Of a DNA stretch of 64,000 bases, positions 38,300 through 50,942 are shown piece by piece. The first letter of the stretch is position 1. Each line of letters starts with the position of its first letter. Source of the stretch: Raillietiella orientalis (taxonomy: Eukaryota); contig JAYWIR010000040.1 of assembly GCA_036172245.1 (NCBI GenBank), positions 1,798,001-1,862,000 of the forward strand, read 5' to 3'. The notes beneath the pieces were generated by a model. The model did not search any database and was not told the origin of the DNA. It was given only the letters and a program-made list of their open reading frames with translations. The translations under genes were made by a program, and so were the position numbers.

Positions 38300-41200
38300 G
38301 GACACAGAGTAATGGAAAAAAGATGGTTTCATCCGTGCGTGGGCGATTTTCCGTTCTTCGTCGAGTGCAAGATGGGGGTCGTTGTCATGGAAGTGTACTC
38401 GATCGAGCATCCTGCGTTTCCATACCGCCACCTCTTTGGCGAAGCGAAAAACCGTTGGTGCACGTGGTCAGCAGGACGACGCCCCCGGGGGGAATCTTCC
38501 AAGCACCGGTGGTGCAAAGCTGTCTCTGAAGACCATCATGACCCCGTCCTAGGGACCGGGCATGTTCGGGATGGCGAACACTCTCGGTTAAGCTCTTTCC
38601 TTCACTCTCACACGCGAGAAAGATGTGCACGTCGCATGGCTCCCGGAGACGTAGGAGCGTAGGCACGGCAGCATCCTAATGATTTTCCTGACCGCCGTTT
38701 GCACCTGTGGGTCCGTCAAGGCTCACTCGAAGGTAAATGATGACTTGTGAAAAGCGGCGCTTCTTCAGGGCAATCCCAGTAGGAATTCTGGACAACCACA
38801 TTGGAGATCTATCGGTCTTCTAGAGCACGAGAAGCCGGGTGCCTTCAACCAATTCGAGAAAGGGAACATATGAGCGGAAGCCATCTGGCTTTACTGAATA
38901 AAGATTTAGGGTACCACCCCTGTCGACGATGTGAAAAACGTACGCTTCTGTGATGACTTGGAAGCCGAAGAAGAAATAATCACAGGCTCCATTACCGTGC
39001 AGTTGCGAAGGAATTCCTGTTCCAAGAGTTGGAACCCAGGACAGTGGGTTCTCCTATGAGAGGATGATGCGTAGCCGTGCTGTGTGCGAGTAACGTCAGG
39101 GGACTGTTGACTGCCTCATCAAAAGCACGTCCGCATGTAGTCTCTCGCCTGCAGCCTATTTCTGAGGAGGCCACGTGTGTCATCTATTCACAGAAAGAAG
39201 GAACACTGCTGACAACACTGCAGGGGTGCGTCTGTCATCCTTCTCCAAAGGAACCCGAGGAAAAATAACAGTTGTTTGATCTAGTGGTCGTACTTGCAGG
39301 AAGCACACTGCTTCCTGGGCTGCAGGCATGATTTTTGGTTCTTTCTTGCCTTCATCTCCTTGGGATATGCGCAGAGGGGAAACAGAGAAAAATTTCGGAA
39401 TTCAGCTACCGTCTTCCAACGCCCGTCTTTAAGCGTCCCGCAACTGTCGAAAAGTCCACTCTATCCGGTTGTTGCGCTAATTTTTGGAGCTGATGTTTCC
39501 CAAGATGCCCGCAAAGGTCATTCGAGGTTGGATGGAAATTTGGTAGCGAGCATTGCAGGGAAGCTTACCAGCATCAATATGCTGTGATCACATCGCCGTC
39601 AAAAGTGCACGTGCCAGCAGCTCCTCTCATTCGGGCCACGTCGTATTATCAGCACCAGGATTCATTATTTCGGGTCAATCCCATCCGCTCTCATCGTTCC
39701 CTGGAGCAGCCAACGTCTTATTCGAATTATCTGTTCTGATGCTCTTCCAGCTGACGCCGACAAATGCTTCAATTGAAAGTCGCATAATGACATGCAAAAC
39801 AGCTTCTGGCTTTTCCCTTGGCTTGGTCGGCGTGCTTCTCAGACATGGGACCCGGTCGGCGTAGGAACCTTTCGTTCTGCATCTCTTTTGTTAACGCGTG
39901 CGATGGTTTCAGGACAGCGTAGCTGGTGCTCGGACGCACTGGGGAAGAACGAAGAGCAAATGAATTAGGATCATTGGCGCGGTGGGTTTGTTGTGTGCTG
40001 GGCAGGCTAGAGAGAGAGTTGCGGATGGTAGCGGGATGACCTGGAAGATGGATAAAGGAAACGTGGCTAAACGGCGAACGCTTTTCAGTGGCTGGCTCTA
40101 ATTTTTTACATGCAGAGCGAGCCAGCCCTCTGCCAGCTTGCGAAAAGTCGCTGGAACACATCAACAACAGGTACGTCAATAACCAGAGGAGCATTCTGGA
40201 GAGACTTGGGTGGGTGGTCACCCAAATCAGAAATCTACCGTGGAACTTTAGGAGTTGGTAGCTGCCAACCAGAACGTCACGAAAGCAAACCCAAAGTCAA
40301 AACCGGATTCCATTGCTCCAGGGGACAAGAAAGTAGTCACGCTGGACACTGCCCTGTTATTACGGAGTCCTACCAACGGAATCAGGAGAGGTGAGGTGGA
40401 GGACGAGCCAGTGCCGCAGAATTCGGTGCCAAGGGATGGTCCAGTTTGTATCCACGCCGTTAGGGCAATATGGGAGAATGGGATTACCGGGAATAGGAAT
40501 CGGGAGAGGAATGATGATGCTTTGGGAAGTTGAAAAATCCCAAGGAGCAGGTGGAGTGCATCGGAACGGAAATGGTGTTCTCGCACACACAGCATCCCTG
40601 AAGTGGCTGCTGGAAGCATCGGGTGGGGGAACCTCCGAACGTTTTTCCCATGGGATTGGCGAGAGTAGGGCGATGTGAATGTGTCGAGTAGTGATCTCAG
40701 AGTGGATTCGTGAAGATAACGGATGCAGGTTGGATTTGAAGGCTTATGGTTCCCAGTGGTGGAAGAAACGGCCTATGCAAGGAAGGGACATCGCTGTTAG
40801 ATTTTCTTCTAGGAGTCGAGGGAGTGCGAGGAGTCATCTTGAAAGTCATCACGGGGTGATTAATGAGAGCGATGGGAACAGGTGCGCTCGGGGAGGGGGA
40901 AAAAGTCAAATGGTGAAAATGCCAATCGGTATTGAGCCGGTATTGAGTGATTTCTTCATCAACTTTGTCTCCTCGAATTTTATTTTGCTCCACCGAGCTT
41001 CAGGTTGCCCTTCCGTGGGGAAACTCCATGAGGAATTTGGAAAAAACAAGAAAAAGAAGCCATCCAGGTTCCAAGTCTCCAGAAAACACAAAACGGCGTC
41101 CGCACCTTCATGGAATAACTCCGCAAAGGAAGACTGCGGTCCCGTGATCTGAAGCTGCGAATGGCGGAAACACCGAGGGGAGGAAATATTGGAGAAGGCT

Positions 41201-42230
41201 GCAATACAACTGTTCGAGGTGCGGGCTGAGAAGGCTTGACGGAGAGGAGGAGGAAGACCAGAGGACCGCGGATGCAGAAAGGACGGCCGAGACATCCGAC
41301 AAACGCGTGTGGGAAAGGGCAAGGTGGTTCGTCTGCATGCAGTGCTTGCGATGACTTCTGTGTTGACATTTCCCCTTCGTTCTGAACTGCAGATAGAGTG
41401 ACCAAGTGATCGGAAAAACCTGTTTGAGGTTTCCCGACTCTTCCAATCCTGAACTAGAAGGAAGGACCTCGTCTTCGCGAGTAAAAAATTTCCGACTCTC
41501 GTGGGCTCGTCTGCTTCTAAGAGATGCAAATCGAAGATGCCGGGATGCGAGCGGCAAGGTGAATGCACCTTGCCGCTGTTCCCACGAGAACCGAGATGCT
41601 GGACCCATTTCATCCAATGAACCGTCTCGACAAGGACATGGAGTTCGTGCTAGGAAATCAGTATTCAGCCTGGATGGCCTTCGCGCTGATTTCACGGCAA
41701 AATGAGATACCTGGTCACACGCTGGCGAAAGCAGTGTAGGCGACTGCATCCAAGGCAAGCAAAGCCAAGGAGCTAGTCGAAGACTACCAGCATCGGGGAA
41801 GGATAATACGTGAGAGCACACCAGATGTGGTTCCTCATCAGTGCGCACCAGACGCAGTCGGTCGGCACGGGGTCACGAAACATGGGGTCCCTTCAGTTTG
41901 GGAACGGACTGCAAGGGCAAAGTGTCTGACTGGGGTGAGGGGTGGCTGTTCTGGTAGAGAAGGTACATGGATAATCACCTTCCTTGTACTGCGTCCACGT
42001 CACCGAGGTGCCCTTCCACGTAATAGTCGAAACTCAACTTTCGAAATTCCCTTAAAGCACGCGAGCGCACACTCGGGTTTTCCGCTCAGGAATGGACCTG
42101 ATGTCGGAAACACTGTACTGAAGACGACTTGCGTTGGCAGCCCTGTTGTTCAGGGAAACATCTACGGGAAAGTAAGGGCTCTTCAAGGGTTGAAAGTTCC
42201 GAAGGACACATACTCCCTCCTTCCCTGAAA
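38300..42230 (-). mobile_element. decayed RLE non-LTR retrotransposon, tandem copy 1
   Basis: RT-like P.TIRNS...DPNSF...Q.ERFLRRPG...EKH (40050-39830) and CDF..AF (~39780); RLE-like DVHIF..ESEGKSL...TGAW (38640-38500); finger-like 5' end at ~42150. Confidence 0.65.
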
Positions 42231-42349
42231 AATGACCAACGTAATATGTATGTGTACATCCAGCATATACATACCGGCTCATACAGAATCTAGGGGATTG
42301 TTCTAGTCCTCCGAACCACGAGAACTATCCAATGCCTCAAGAACTCAAG

Positions 42350-45300
42350 TTTCCTTGTTGTCTGTACCTTCTATCTGCCCCATGCGGATGAAACGAGAAC
42401 CTTTTTCTTCGGGCTTGACACTCCTGATCATACTGTTCAACAAGATGACAAAACGCTGCTGAATGAGTCGACGCCATCTTGCTAGTGCAGCAGACTCGTG
42501 GTTTTCGACATCGACTTTTATTTTCGTCGGCACCCCTTCATTCCAGCTGTTTGAATCGGGTTAACACTCGATACGTTCACGATGACCCAGTTTCTGGACT
42601 CAGCCTCGTGGTGACCGCGACCCAAGCCCCAGGGTGCCATGACTCAAAAGGTGTCAATACACCTTGTTCGGAAACCTCCTTTTAGTGACAAAAGTCCAGA
42701 GTCATATAGAGAACCATTTGTCATTTTTGCTTTTGCAGAGGCTCTTGTAATTCTTGGATGATACTCAACATCAAGTACGATAGTCCAATTTATATGAAGA
42801 GGCATCGAAATACTCGTTTTTCGCTTCTGTCTTTGAAATTTCCTTCAGTTTCCGCAGAGGGCTACATCTCTGCCATTCGCCAATTTCAATCCGTACCTTG
42901 AAAATTTGGCACCCCCTTATTTTCTTCACCTCCCACTGAAACCTTCACTCTGCCGATATCCAATGCTCATCTATTTTCATCTGACTTCCTAATGGGATGC
43001 TGAGACGATGATCCATGCTTCCACGTGTGACTATAATCCCATCACATCGGCGCACTCTTGTTCGATATGACATCCTCGTGTACATGGCACTGAGATTCGT
43101 GCATGCTACAGATGTTGTTGTCACATCCGGAGGAAAGCTACACCATACGCTTATCCTGAATTCCTTCTGGAAGAAAACCGAAATCCGTGCCAGTGCTGGG
43201 CGAAATCGTTGAGAAGTGATTCAAGCAGAAAAAAGGAATGAGCTCCTAACCATCCTTCGGGCGACTTTACCTGCACTATTCCACATCACGACTGAGCCTC
43301 CATACTTCTCAAATGTTGCTTAAAGAGCTGTTCACTTTCACGAAGAGAAAAAGAAATACTGACACGATTTGACTTTAGTTTCATGGTACTTGGAACGAGC
43401 AGAAAAGTTAGTCCTTTCTGCTCGTGGCAGCTAAACAAGCGTTCCGATGAAACAAGCGTTCTTCCAATAGGTTTCTTGCAATAAACGTTGTTAGTCAACC
43501 ATGCTTCATTCGGACGCAGCAGCTGCTCGACTGCTGTGGACAGTGGCCATCACCCTTGAGTCCTCACTCCACGAAGCAATCAAAGTTGCTAAAAGTATTC
43601 GCCTATCCTTAGTTTCAAGATCATGAGGTCGCTTCATTCAAAGACGGCACGCTGCATCCGCCGCTGGTCGGAAAGTCGTTTCTGCCTTGCAAGTGAAATG
43701 AGAAGAGCTGATCAAATCCGCAACTTTGAGACACGTGGCGAGGATGCTTGTGCTGTGCACAAAGGCCTTCTCGCACGGTCTTTTGCTCAAGGCAGAAAAG
43801 TAAGCACTCGCTTTGAGTTTGATTCAAAAGGAAATAAGCCATACTCCCACCCTCCCCTTCCATCCAAAAAAAAAGGCGAAAAGTTGGGCATCTCCACTAA
43901 AGATATCCGGTGGTGAAGATTGCAGTGATGACCCGGAACGAGACATAATCAGGAGCAGAATTTGAACATCCTTAAAAGTGCCTATAGGAACCACGGATGC
44001 ACCAATTGCATAGGTCGTAAGTAGATCTAAGCTGCCAAACAAAGAAAAGCATATTTTTCCAAAAGGTGGCAGTTGGTGAAATTCTCGAGAAGAACGTCCA
44101 CAGTGCGCTGTGCAAGAGAAATTGTAGCATCAAAAAAAGGGTGGCCCAAAGAAGCTAGCTCAAACCCGAAGTACTTCAAAGATACCGATTACTTGAAATT
44201 CGAAAGAAAGTCCGTTTTCTGTCAGATGTCGATATGAAGGAATTTCCACTGGACGGAACCTTTGAAAATTCGTTTGAGAAACTAATCGATACTTCAAAAT
44301 GGCAGAAGATCGTTAAATCAAATCCATCAACGAAATAAAGGGTGCAGATTGTAGCATCCTTACGTATGGAAAGCAGATTCGTTTGAGACGGTGTCTGCAT
44401 CTGAGCTGGGGAATCTGGAGCTCTCCTGAGAGTTATGTGGACCTTGGAATTCAAATACCTGTTTGAAGTTGTTGGGCTCCGTAAACAGCTTCACGTCGGA
44501 AGATTCTGGACAAAGAACTAGAGAACTGCTACGCTTCCGCAGATGACTGCTGCCGAAACAACACAGAACGGTAAGAAGCAGAGGATGTTGCTATTTTAGC
44601 ACAAGACAAACCATCGTCAGTAGGGTTTCCTAACTTATCGAAAAATCAGTTCCCGTTCTGTGAACAAGCCGATGCGGGAATTTGGGCTCTATCCGTCGTG
44701 GAATGCATTTCGGACACTTTTGATCTTCTCCAGGTGCTTTTCAACGTGACATTCGTTGAGTGCTACTAGCCAGCCGTCGGATTCCTCGTGCTGCCAAGAG
44801 CTCGAATCAGAGCCCAAGCCCCTGCTTATTTCAACGAAAAGGGACGCATTATTCACTGCAGATTTTGATTCAAGGATGCCGGATCGTTTCAGTGTCAGCT
44901 CTAAATATTCAGCTTTCCTTTACATTTAGAGAATTTGTAAATGAAGAGATGAGTGCAGAGGGATGGGAAAACGAATCTGTCAGCAAAAGCACCTGCACTT
45001 GTTGCTGGTGAGAACAAACGGATCCTTCTCAGTTCAACTCTTTCTCGTTGCTTGTCTCTCAAATGGTACTTGCTGTCCGATCTGTTCTCCGCATAGGGTT
45101 TCTTTCTTTCTATGAAGCAAGGGAAATACCCAAAGGGAATACGTACTCTTAGGAAGGGTACCCACAACCGTGAAGCTGCTCTTCAAACTCGCAGCATGAC
45201 TATTCGTCTGCAGAACCATCTGAAGAAGGCAACACTGTTGTTTCATGCAACTGCATACGTGTGGGCTCTCACGAAGAGCTCTTGCGCAGTCTCTCTCGAT

Positions 45301-45800
45301 GGGTCCACAGAGTTTTCGATTCTGCATCTGAGAGAAAAGCATGGTGATGTTCCGAGTCTGCAAGGAACTGGGATCGCGCTACCGGAAATTGTAGCAGCTT
45401 CTCAGGGTGATTATAGGGAGACAATTTTAAGCGCAGCATGGTGATGCCAACGGCTGAACGCATGCACCCAGGGAGGATTGGTAATGGGAATGCACGTTTC
45501 TTGAAGACAACCTTCTCCTCTGAAAGCCTCCTAGAGGACTCTTTCTCCTTCATTGGAAGAGTAGCCTTTTGTCTCCCGAAGTGTTGATCCTTGATGATTG
45601 TGACCGGATTGACCAAGCTTGGTTGGTCTCGAAAACGGCGCGCTCCATTCTTGTGATCGCCTCACATCTTCTTCTGGGAACCAGCAGAGTCGACTTTCCC
45701 GATTTGAACGACTCGGAGAGAAGGCACGAAATTCCGTGCATGTGGACTTTGCGGATTTCAACGCACGGACGCTGATTGGGAATCTCATCTTAGCTGAAAC
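42350..45800 (-). mobile_element. decayed RLE non-LTR retrotransposon, tandem copy 2
   Basis: TLYFVDG (LAYADD-like, ~44330), KYFG (~44170), CCHC-like region (~43100), IVLDV (~42775), GTLG/AW...QKLG (~42630-42590). Confidence 0.6.
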
Positions 45801-45849
45801 ATCAACCAATGGAATGCGGAACGGTTGCTCTAAGCATTACTCCCTATTC

Positions 45850-48800
45850 GATGCCGCTAGCGAGGGGTTTTTGGAATGCCTTCTCCAAATCGCTGAGTTT
45901 CTGAAGGATTTCGCCTCTGGACCTGACTTCTGCAACGAGTCTGGGTCAAAGCGCGCGTCTCGAGGATCAGGTAGGAATGAGCACCCCCTGGTGCTCATTC
46001 GTACTCGATCCCCGAGATTCGAAAGCTTGAAGAGATTGACAAAAGTAGAAAACGAGCCGGTAAAGAAAGAGATGAGAATATCGGCAGACATCAGCTTTGG
46101 AGTTTCTTCATCAAGGATGTCAAGGACGAGGAAGTACAAGGATGAGGAAGTACAATTATGTCCGTGTTCCACAGGAGTGGAAAGCAACGAGAATGAACGT
46201 TTCTTTCTAAAGCGTAAAAGAAAGCGTGAAGACGGGACTGCACAGTTCGGGAAAGTAGGGAGCCAACCACAGGCAGACCACCATGAGGAAAGTTTGTACT
46301 GTCGAATTCTGGAAGGAGAGTTTCCACTCAGGACCAGAGTACCATGCTCACAAAAGCATTCCTGAGGACACATTCTCATGCTTGCTGCCTTGTGATCATT
46401 GCTTTCATTTCCAGAACCAGAGGATACAATCGAAGGGCAGTGGGATCTCGTCCTCCTTTCTGGCAGCAAAGTCCTTGTAGCCTGCTATTAGCATCGCATG
46501 CATCTTCACTTGTTTTTCGGTTGATTTTTTTTTTTTCTACCGAAAAAAGCATTCATGTGTGAGAACCAAAGTGCATTGACGATCTGAAGGCACTAACTTG
46601 GAGAATTTCGTGTCTTATCCTTCTGATGATTTCCCCATTCCTTGGAGGCAATGTGTAGAGAATCTCTCTAAATCCTCCGCAGCACGCTGCTGAACATGCC
46701 GGTGCGTCCTTCTAGGAAACACGCGTCAGACTTTCTGACGTTGATGCAACGGGATCACGGGGGGGGCGTAAGTTGGTTTCAGCAGTTTCGGTTGAGCGAG
46801 GCTGCATGATCCGTTGCTGAACGCTCATTGCGGACTTTCAAGAGTCGCCGGTGCATGCTCTTTGCTTTTCACCCACGTTGCCTGTTTTATTCATCTCCAG
46901 CAGATTCATCAGCATCCTGCTGATGGTACGCGTTGGAAACCCTATTGCTCGCACGGAGTCGATTGTGATTAGACGGTTCTTGCAGCAGACAGAAAATGAA
47001 GCCTTAGAGATCCAGGGCAGTTTGCTTTCCATAGAATCCATGTGAACTCCAAGCTGCTGGGCCGAGGTATGTTTCGGCTCGTTCCCGCAGGGCATTTGAG
47101 CTCTGTCTGATTCCTGCCCGGATAAAAAAGTGTTGGGATAAAGGAATGCAACAGGAGGATTTTCCACTGTCTCCTCTACCTGTCAAGCTTCGGTAGTTCT
47201 GGCCAAGAGATGATGCGAGACGGCTGTTCAGAAGCAGAGATACACTACTGCAAATGTTTTTTCTCAGCGAGTTCACTTCCGCAGTCAGCACCCTCACCCT
47301 CTAGCTTGTCACTCCAGTGGTTTTTCGCCTCTGGGTCATTGGACCGAACCTTCTTGCTTGACGCCGCGGTCAGAGGAATCACTGCGCACTGATCAGCATA
47401 AGGAGATGGACTTCCTGCTGCTGCAATTTGCTTTCCGCATTTCTGTTCCAAGATGCCTTCTTCAGATGCTGGGAAGGATGCTTCGATGCCTTCTGCATGC
47501 ACGCGCGAACCGAAGTATGTTTTCCGAGTGACCGCGATGTCGTTCTGGTCCATCCATGGCAAAGTAGATAGGCGGCGCAGGTGAGCAACGGTTTTCCTGT
47601 TTGAATGGGTCGAGTGGAACAATCCTAAGCATTTCGATGGAAAAACTGCCATGCTGGGAAGGATGCTCCAGCTTGTGGCCATTGTTGGGATCCTCATCGG
47701 AGATCAAAGATTCTTGATGATCGAAAGGGTGAAATAACCTCCTCTGCAGTCAATGAGTCATTCTCCTAGATGAAGAATCCCATAAGTGATCCTCACCTTC
47801 CGCTTACCATCTCAAAGAATTACAAGAAGAAGAAGAACGTGCTCCAAACTCTGGTTCTCCCCAAGTAATCATGTGCGATGCAGCAAAAAACTTAATTCAC
47901 CAGTTTCTTATGGATCTTCTGGCTTAGATGGTGATCAGCAAGCAGTCTTTCCAACAACTGAGGCTGGCGCTCATGGACAATCAAACCGGAAAAGGGGCGC
48001 ACACAAAAGAGGACTCTCGTGACCCATCTGTCCCCCACAGAAACAAGAGGCCTATAGACCAAATCGAGTACGTTTGAAATATCAGAGAGAATTCTGAGCA
48101 CTTGCCAGCCATGGGCTCTAACGACCGCGTGCGACCACAGTTTTCTGGGAATGCTTACGTTATGACCTCGAACTACACGGAGAGCGAGAAGAGCGAACCC
48201 TCCGTCTAGATGAGAAAACGAAGAATGTGGAGACGAGGAGTGAGAAAGACGAGAGACTTGCTGCGATGAAATCTTTCCCGGTCACATGACATCCGTCAAT
48301 TCTGTTGCTGGTTCTCGTGCGAGCGGTCCACGAAAGGAAATTTTTCCCATCACCTTACAGGAGGAAGGCAGCACAAGAACAGCGACACGGAGCCCCATGC
48401 AGGGAGCGGAGCGGAACGACAGCAACGGCGCAACTTCCGACTTTTCATCGCGAAGAATGGTGGTTGCGTTTCCCAGCGGGTTAGCGAATCTGTGCCCATC
48501 AGGGCGAATGACGAACTCCACCTTCCATCTAGACCTCAGCAGAGAAATTTCTTTGAGGGGTTGTCGTCGCCGTAATCATCATCATCATGAAACGGAGACC
48601 AACTCTCAGGCGAAGTCTCTAGAAGAGAGTGGACTCATCCACCGTCGTCAGAAAGCAAATGGAAGAAGCCTCCTTGTTATCTCCAGAGAGGAGTCCCGCG
48701 AGTTCTGCTGGGCGAATCCGCTCTGGCGATCTCGTCCTCTGGCCCTCCGACAGCCTACCGAAATCGGCATCAGAGCGGATCGAGAAGGTGACCCTAAGGG

Positions 48801-50000
48801 ATAGCAGGAGACTTCCAAGCGAAGAAGCGAGACGGGTGCAGAAGGAGGGGAGTCGATCTCAGAGAATTCTCATAATAAAAAGTTCTTGTTCTGCAAATTT
48901 GGCCTTCTCACTGGCTCTATGGCTGTGATCGTCCCTTTTTCGATTTTCAGCTGAGCGGTCCATTCGATTGTTCTGCCAGAATCCTGAAGGATCATCTTCC
49001 TATTCCGATTTCATCCCTATAGATCGAGCGCAACATCTAGGTGGACCATAAGGCATCTTGTGCTGCTTGTCACAGTGATGTAAGAAGCGAAGTCCTAAAC
49101 TCTATGCCCTTCGCCCGAGAGATGCCCAACTGCGTACTCCATACTGCAGCTGGAGGTACAAAGATTCATCCACAGACAAAATGCCCACCCACGCAGATTA
49201 GTCAAAGAGTCCTCCGAATATCCACATCACTTTTTTTAAAATTTCTTTACCGATGAAGGTTATCGAATTCAGGAGGAGTCCGGAATTTATGCCACGGTTT
49301 TCATCTTCCGCCTTTGGGTCACGCAGTCTGAGGACTACCCGCTAGATGTCAGAGAGGATTCCATTGGCCGTTTCAGGATGGCGAGTGAAAACGGATTAAT
49401 TCGCTTTGAGACTGCGTGAACCTCTGAAGAAAAGAAAGCAACCGCTCGTCCGAAAAGGCGAGCTAATCTCTGGAAAGAGACAACCTAGCGCAGCATGCAG
49501 GAAAGGAGGATGGGTGCTGGCACGAACCGGGTGGTAACAACATCGTCCGGAAGAAAGCAACGCTCATCCTCGGACACCGCTTGGGGCCGGCCTCACGCAC
49601 GCAGGAACGAGTGCTGATGCACACGCACAGGACACGTTCGAGCGGAGGGTGGCTGCGGAAAGTGGCGGGGGAGTGCTCCATGACTTGCGCGATCGCTCCA
49701 GATCGCTCCAGCCAAGCCCAACTCGTGGACGGCGCCGTTCTTGGAAACCACCTCGGAACCGAGCTGAAACGAGCGGTCCGTGACCGCTTCGGGGCTCTGT
49801 TTCCCCGACGGAGGCTGCCATGCAAGGGTGACGACGAGGTGATAGAGGCGTCGTGAGATCCGCCCGCGTGGCAGCTGAAACCGCAGTCCGCAGCGAGTCA
49901 CCGTTTCCAGGAAGCATCCGAAGTCCTAATGAACTCGGTATCTACGGTCCCCCCCCCCCTTCCCACAGGTTCCGGAGTCTTTTCTGACTCTCCTGAGATC
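45850..50000 (-). mobile_element. decayed RLE non-LTR retrotransposon, tandem copy 3
   Basis: RPDG (~48500), SDISNVLDLV (LDI.NAFDSV-like, ~48075), TYFG (~47515), RLE-like LDILDEETPKLMSADILISF and RFDPDSLQKSG (46130-45920); Cys-rich 5' end at ~49600. Confidence 0.6.
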
Positions 50001-50149
50001 TCAGCCACGGTCTGCTAGTCTGGCAAGAGCCTGGAGGCCCCGCGCCCAAACGAGCGAGGTAGCGAGTAGGGCTGGGCACCACCAACACTGTCGGTCCAAT
50101 TCGATGAGAACTCGGCTCTCTTTCAACACACTGGTGTGCTCCTGCAGCG

Positions 50150-50850
50150 CTACACCAGCACTCGCCCTCTCAGCCCTGTCTCCAATGGATTCCCCCTGTT
50201 TTCAGAAAAGGGAGAAGCCAGTCCAGTGGACTGCAAGGTTGGGGCATTCGAGAGGTGGCAGAATCGTCGTCTTCCGCAACGAGACGTCCTTTCGAGGAAC
50301 CCTACGGAACGGGAGGGATAAGCTGGTGTCACCGGTGGTCACCAGGCTGCCTCGGAACCCAGCATCCCGGAAGGAAAGTGAGAGCAATGTCCACTCCTTT
50401 CGCAGCCGCAAGAGTCTCCGGGTCCCTTTCCGTAGTTCTCAGGGCAACCATCTCCTTACGGCCAGTCGATGTCCCAGCGTATATCCAGGACCGCCTAATG
50501 CATTCGGGCACGCCTTGCCTTACTGACGTGCTGCGCCTGAGTCGCCTGGCGATCTTCGGTCCTTGCACCGCTTGGCCGTTTGCTAGATCCCATAAGGACA
50601 GGAAGTTTTGACCGACTCTTGAGACCAAGTGTTTATTACTGGTGGTTGCCATCAAGCAACAGAAGCAAGCACACGATGCATTAGCATTTGTTCGGGGGTG
50701 TCTTGATCTGCATCGCTTGATCCCTGCATCGAATCATCGCCTACAGTATTCCGTCACCTTGTCTTCCAGCTCACACATGTATTTTCCGCCATGATGTCTT
50801 TATTTGGAAGGACACTCTATTGGAATGCTATTGGGAGTTTCGAGATGCCA
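50150..50850 (-). mobile_element. possible 3' (RLE) remnant of another copy
   Basis: Weak match FLSLWDLANGQAV...RQG...SW; same orientation and composition as neighbouring copies. Confidence 0.3.
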
Positions 50851-50942
50851 CTGAATGGAAAGTGAAAGGCCATACAGCAGGAATCGTATCCTTTAATTGC
50901 GGATTCAAATCGGTGACCACTCACAGTCCGAGGATTGCAGCG

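Noticed and set aside
45619..46365. 248-aa plus-strand ORF
   Set aside because: Opposite strand of an RLE remnant; no domain features.
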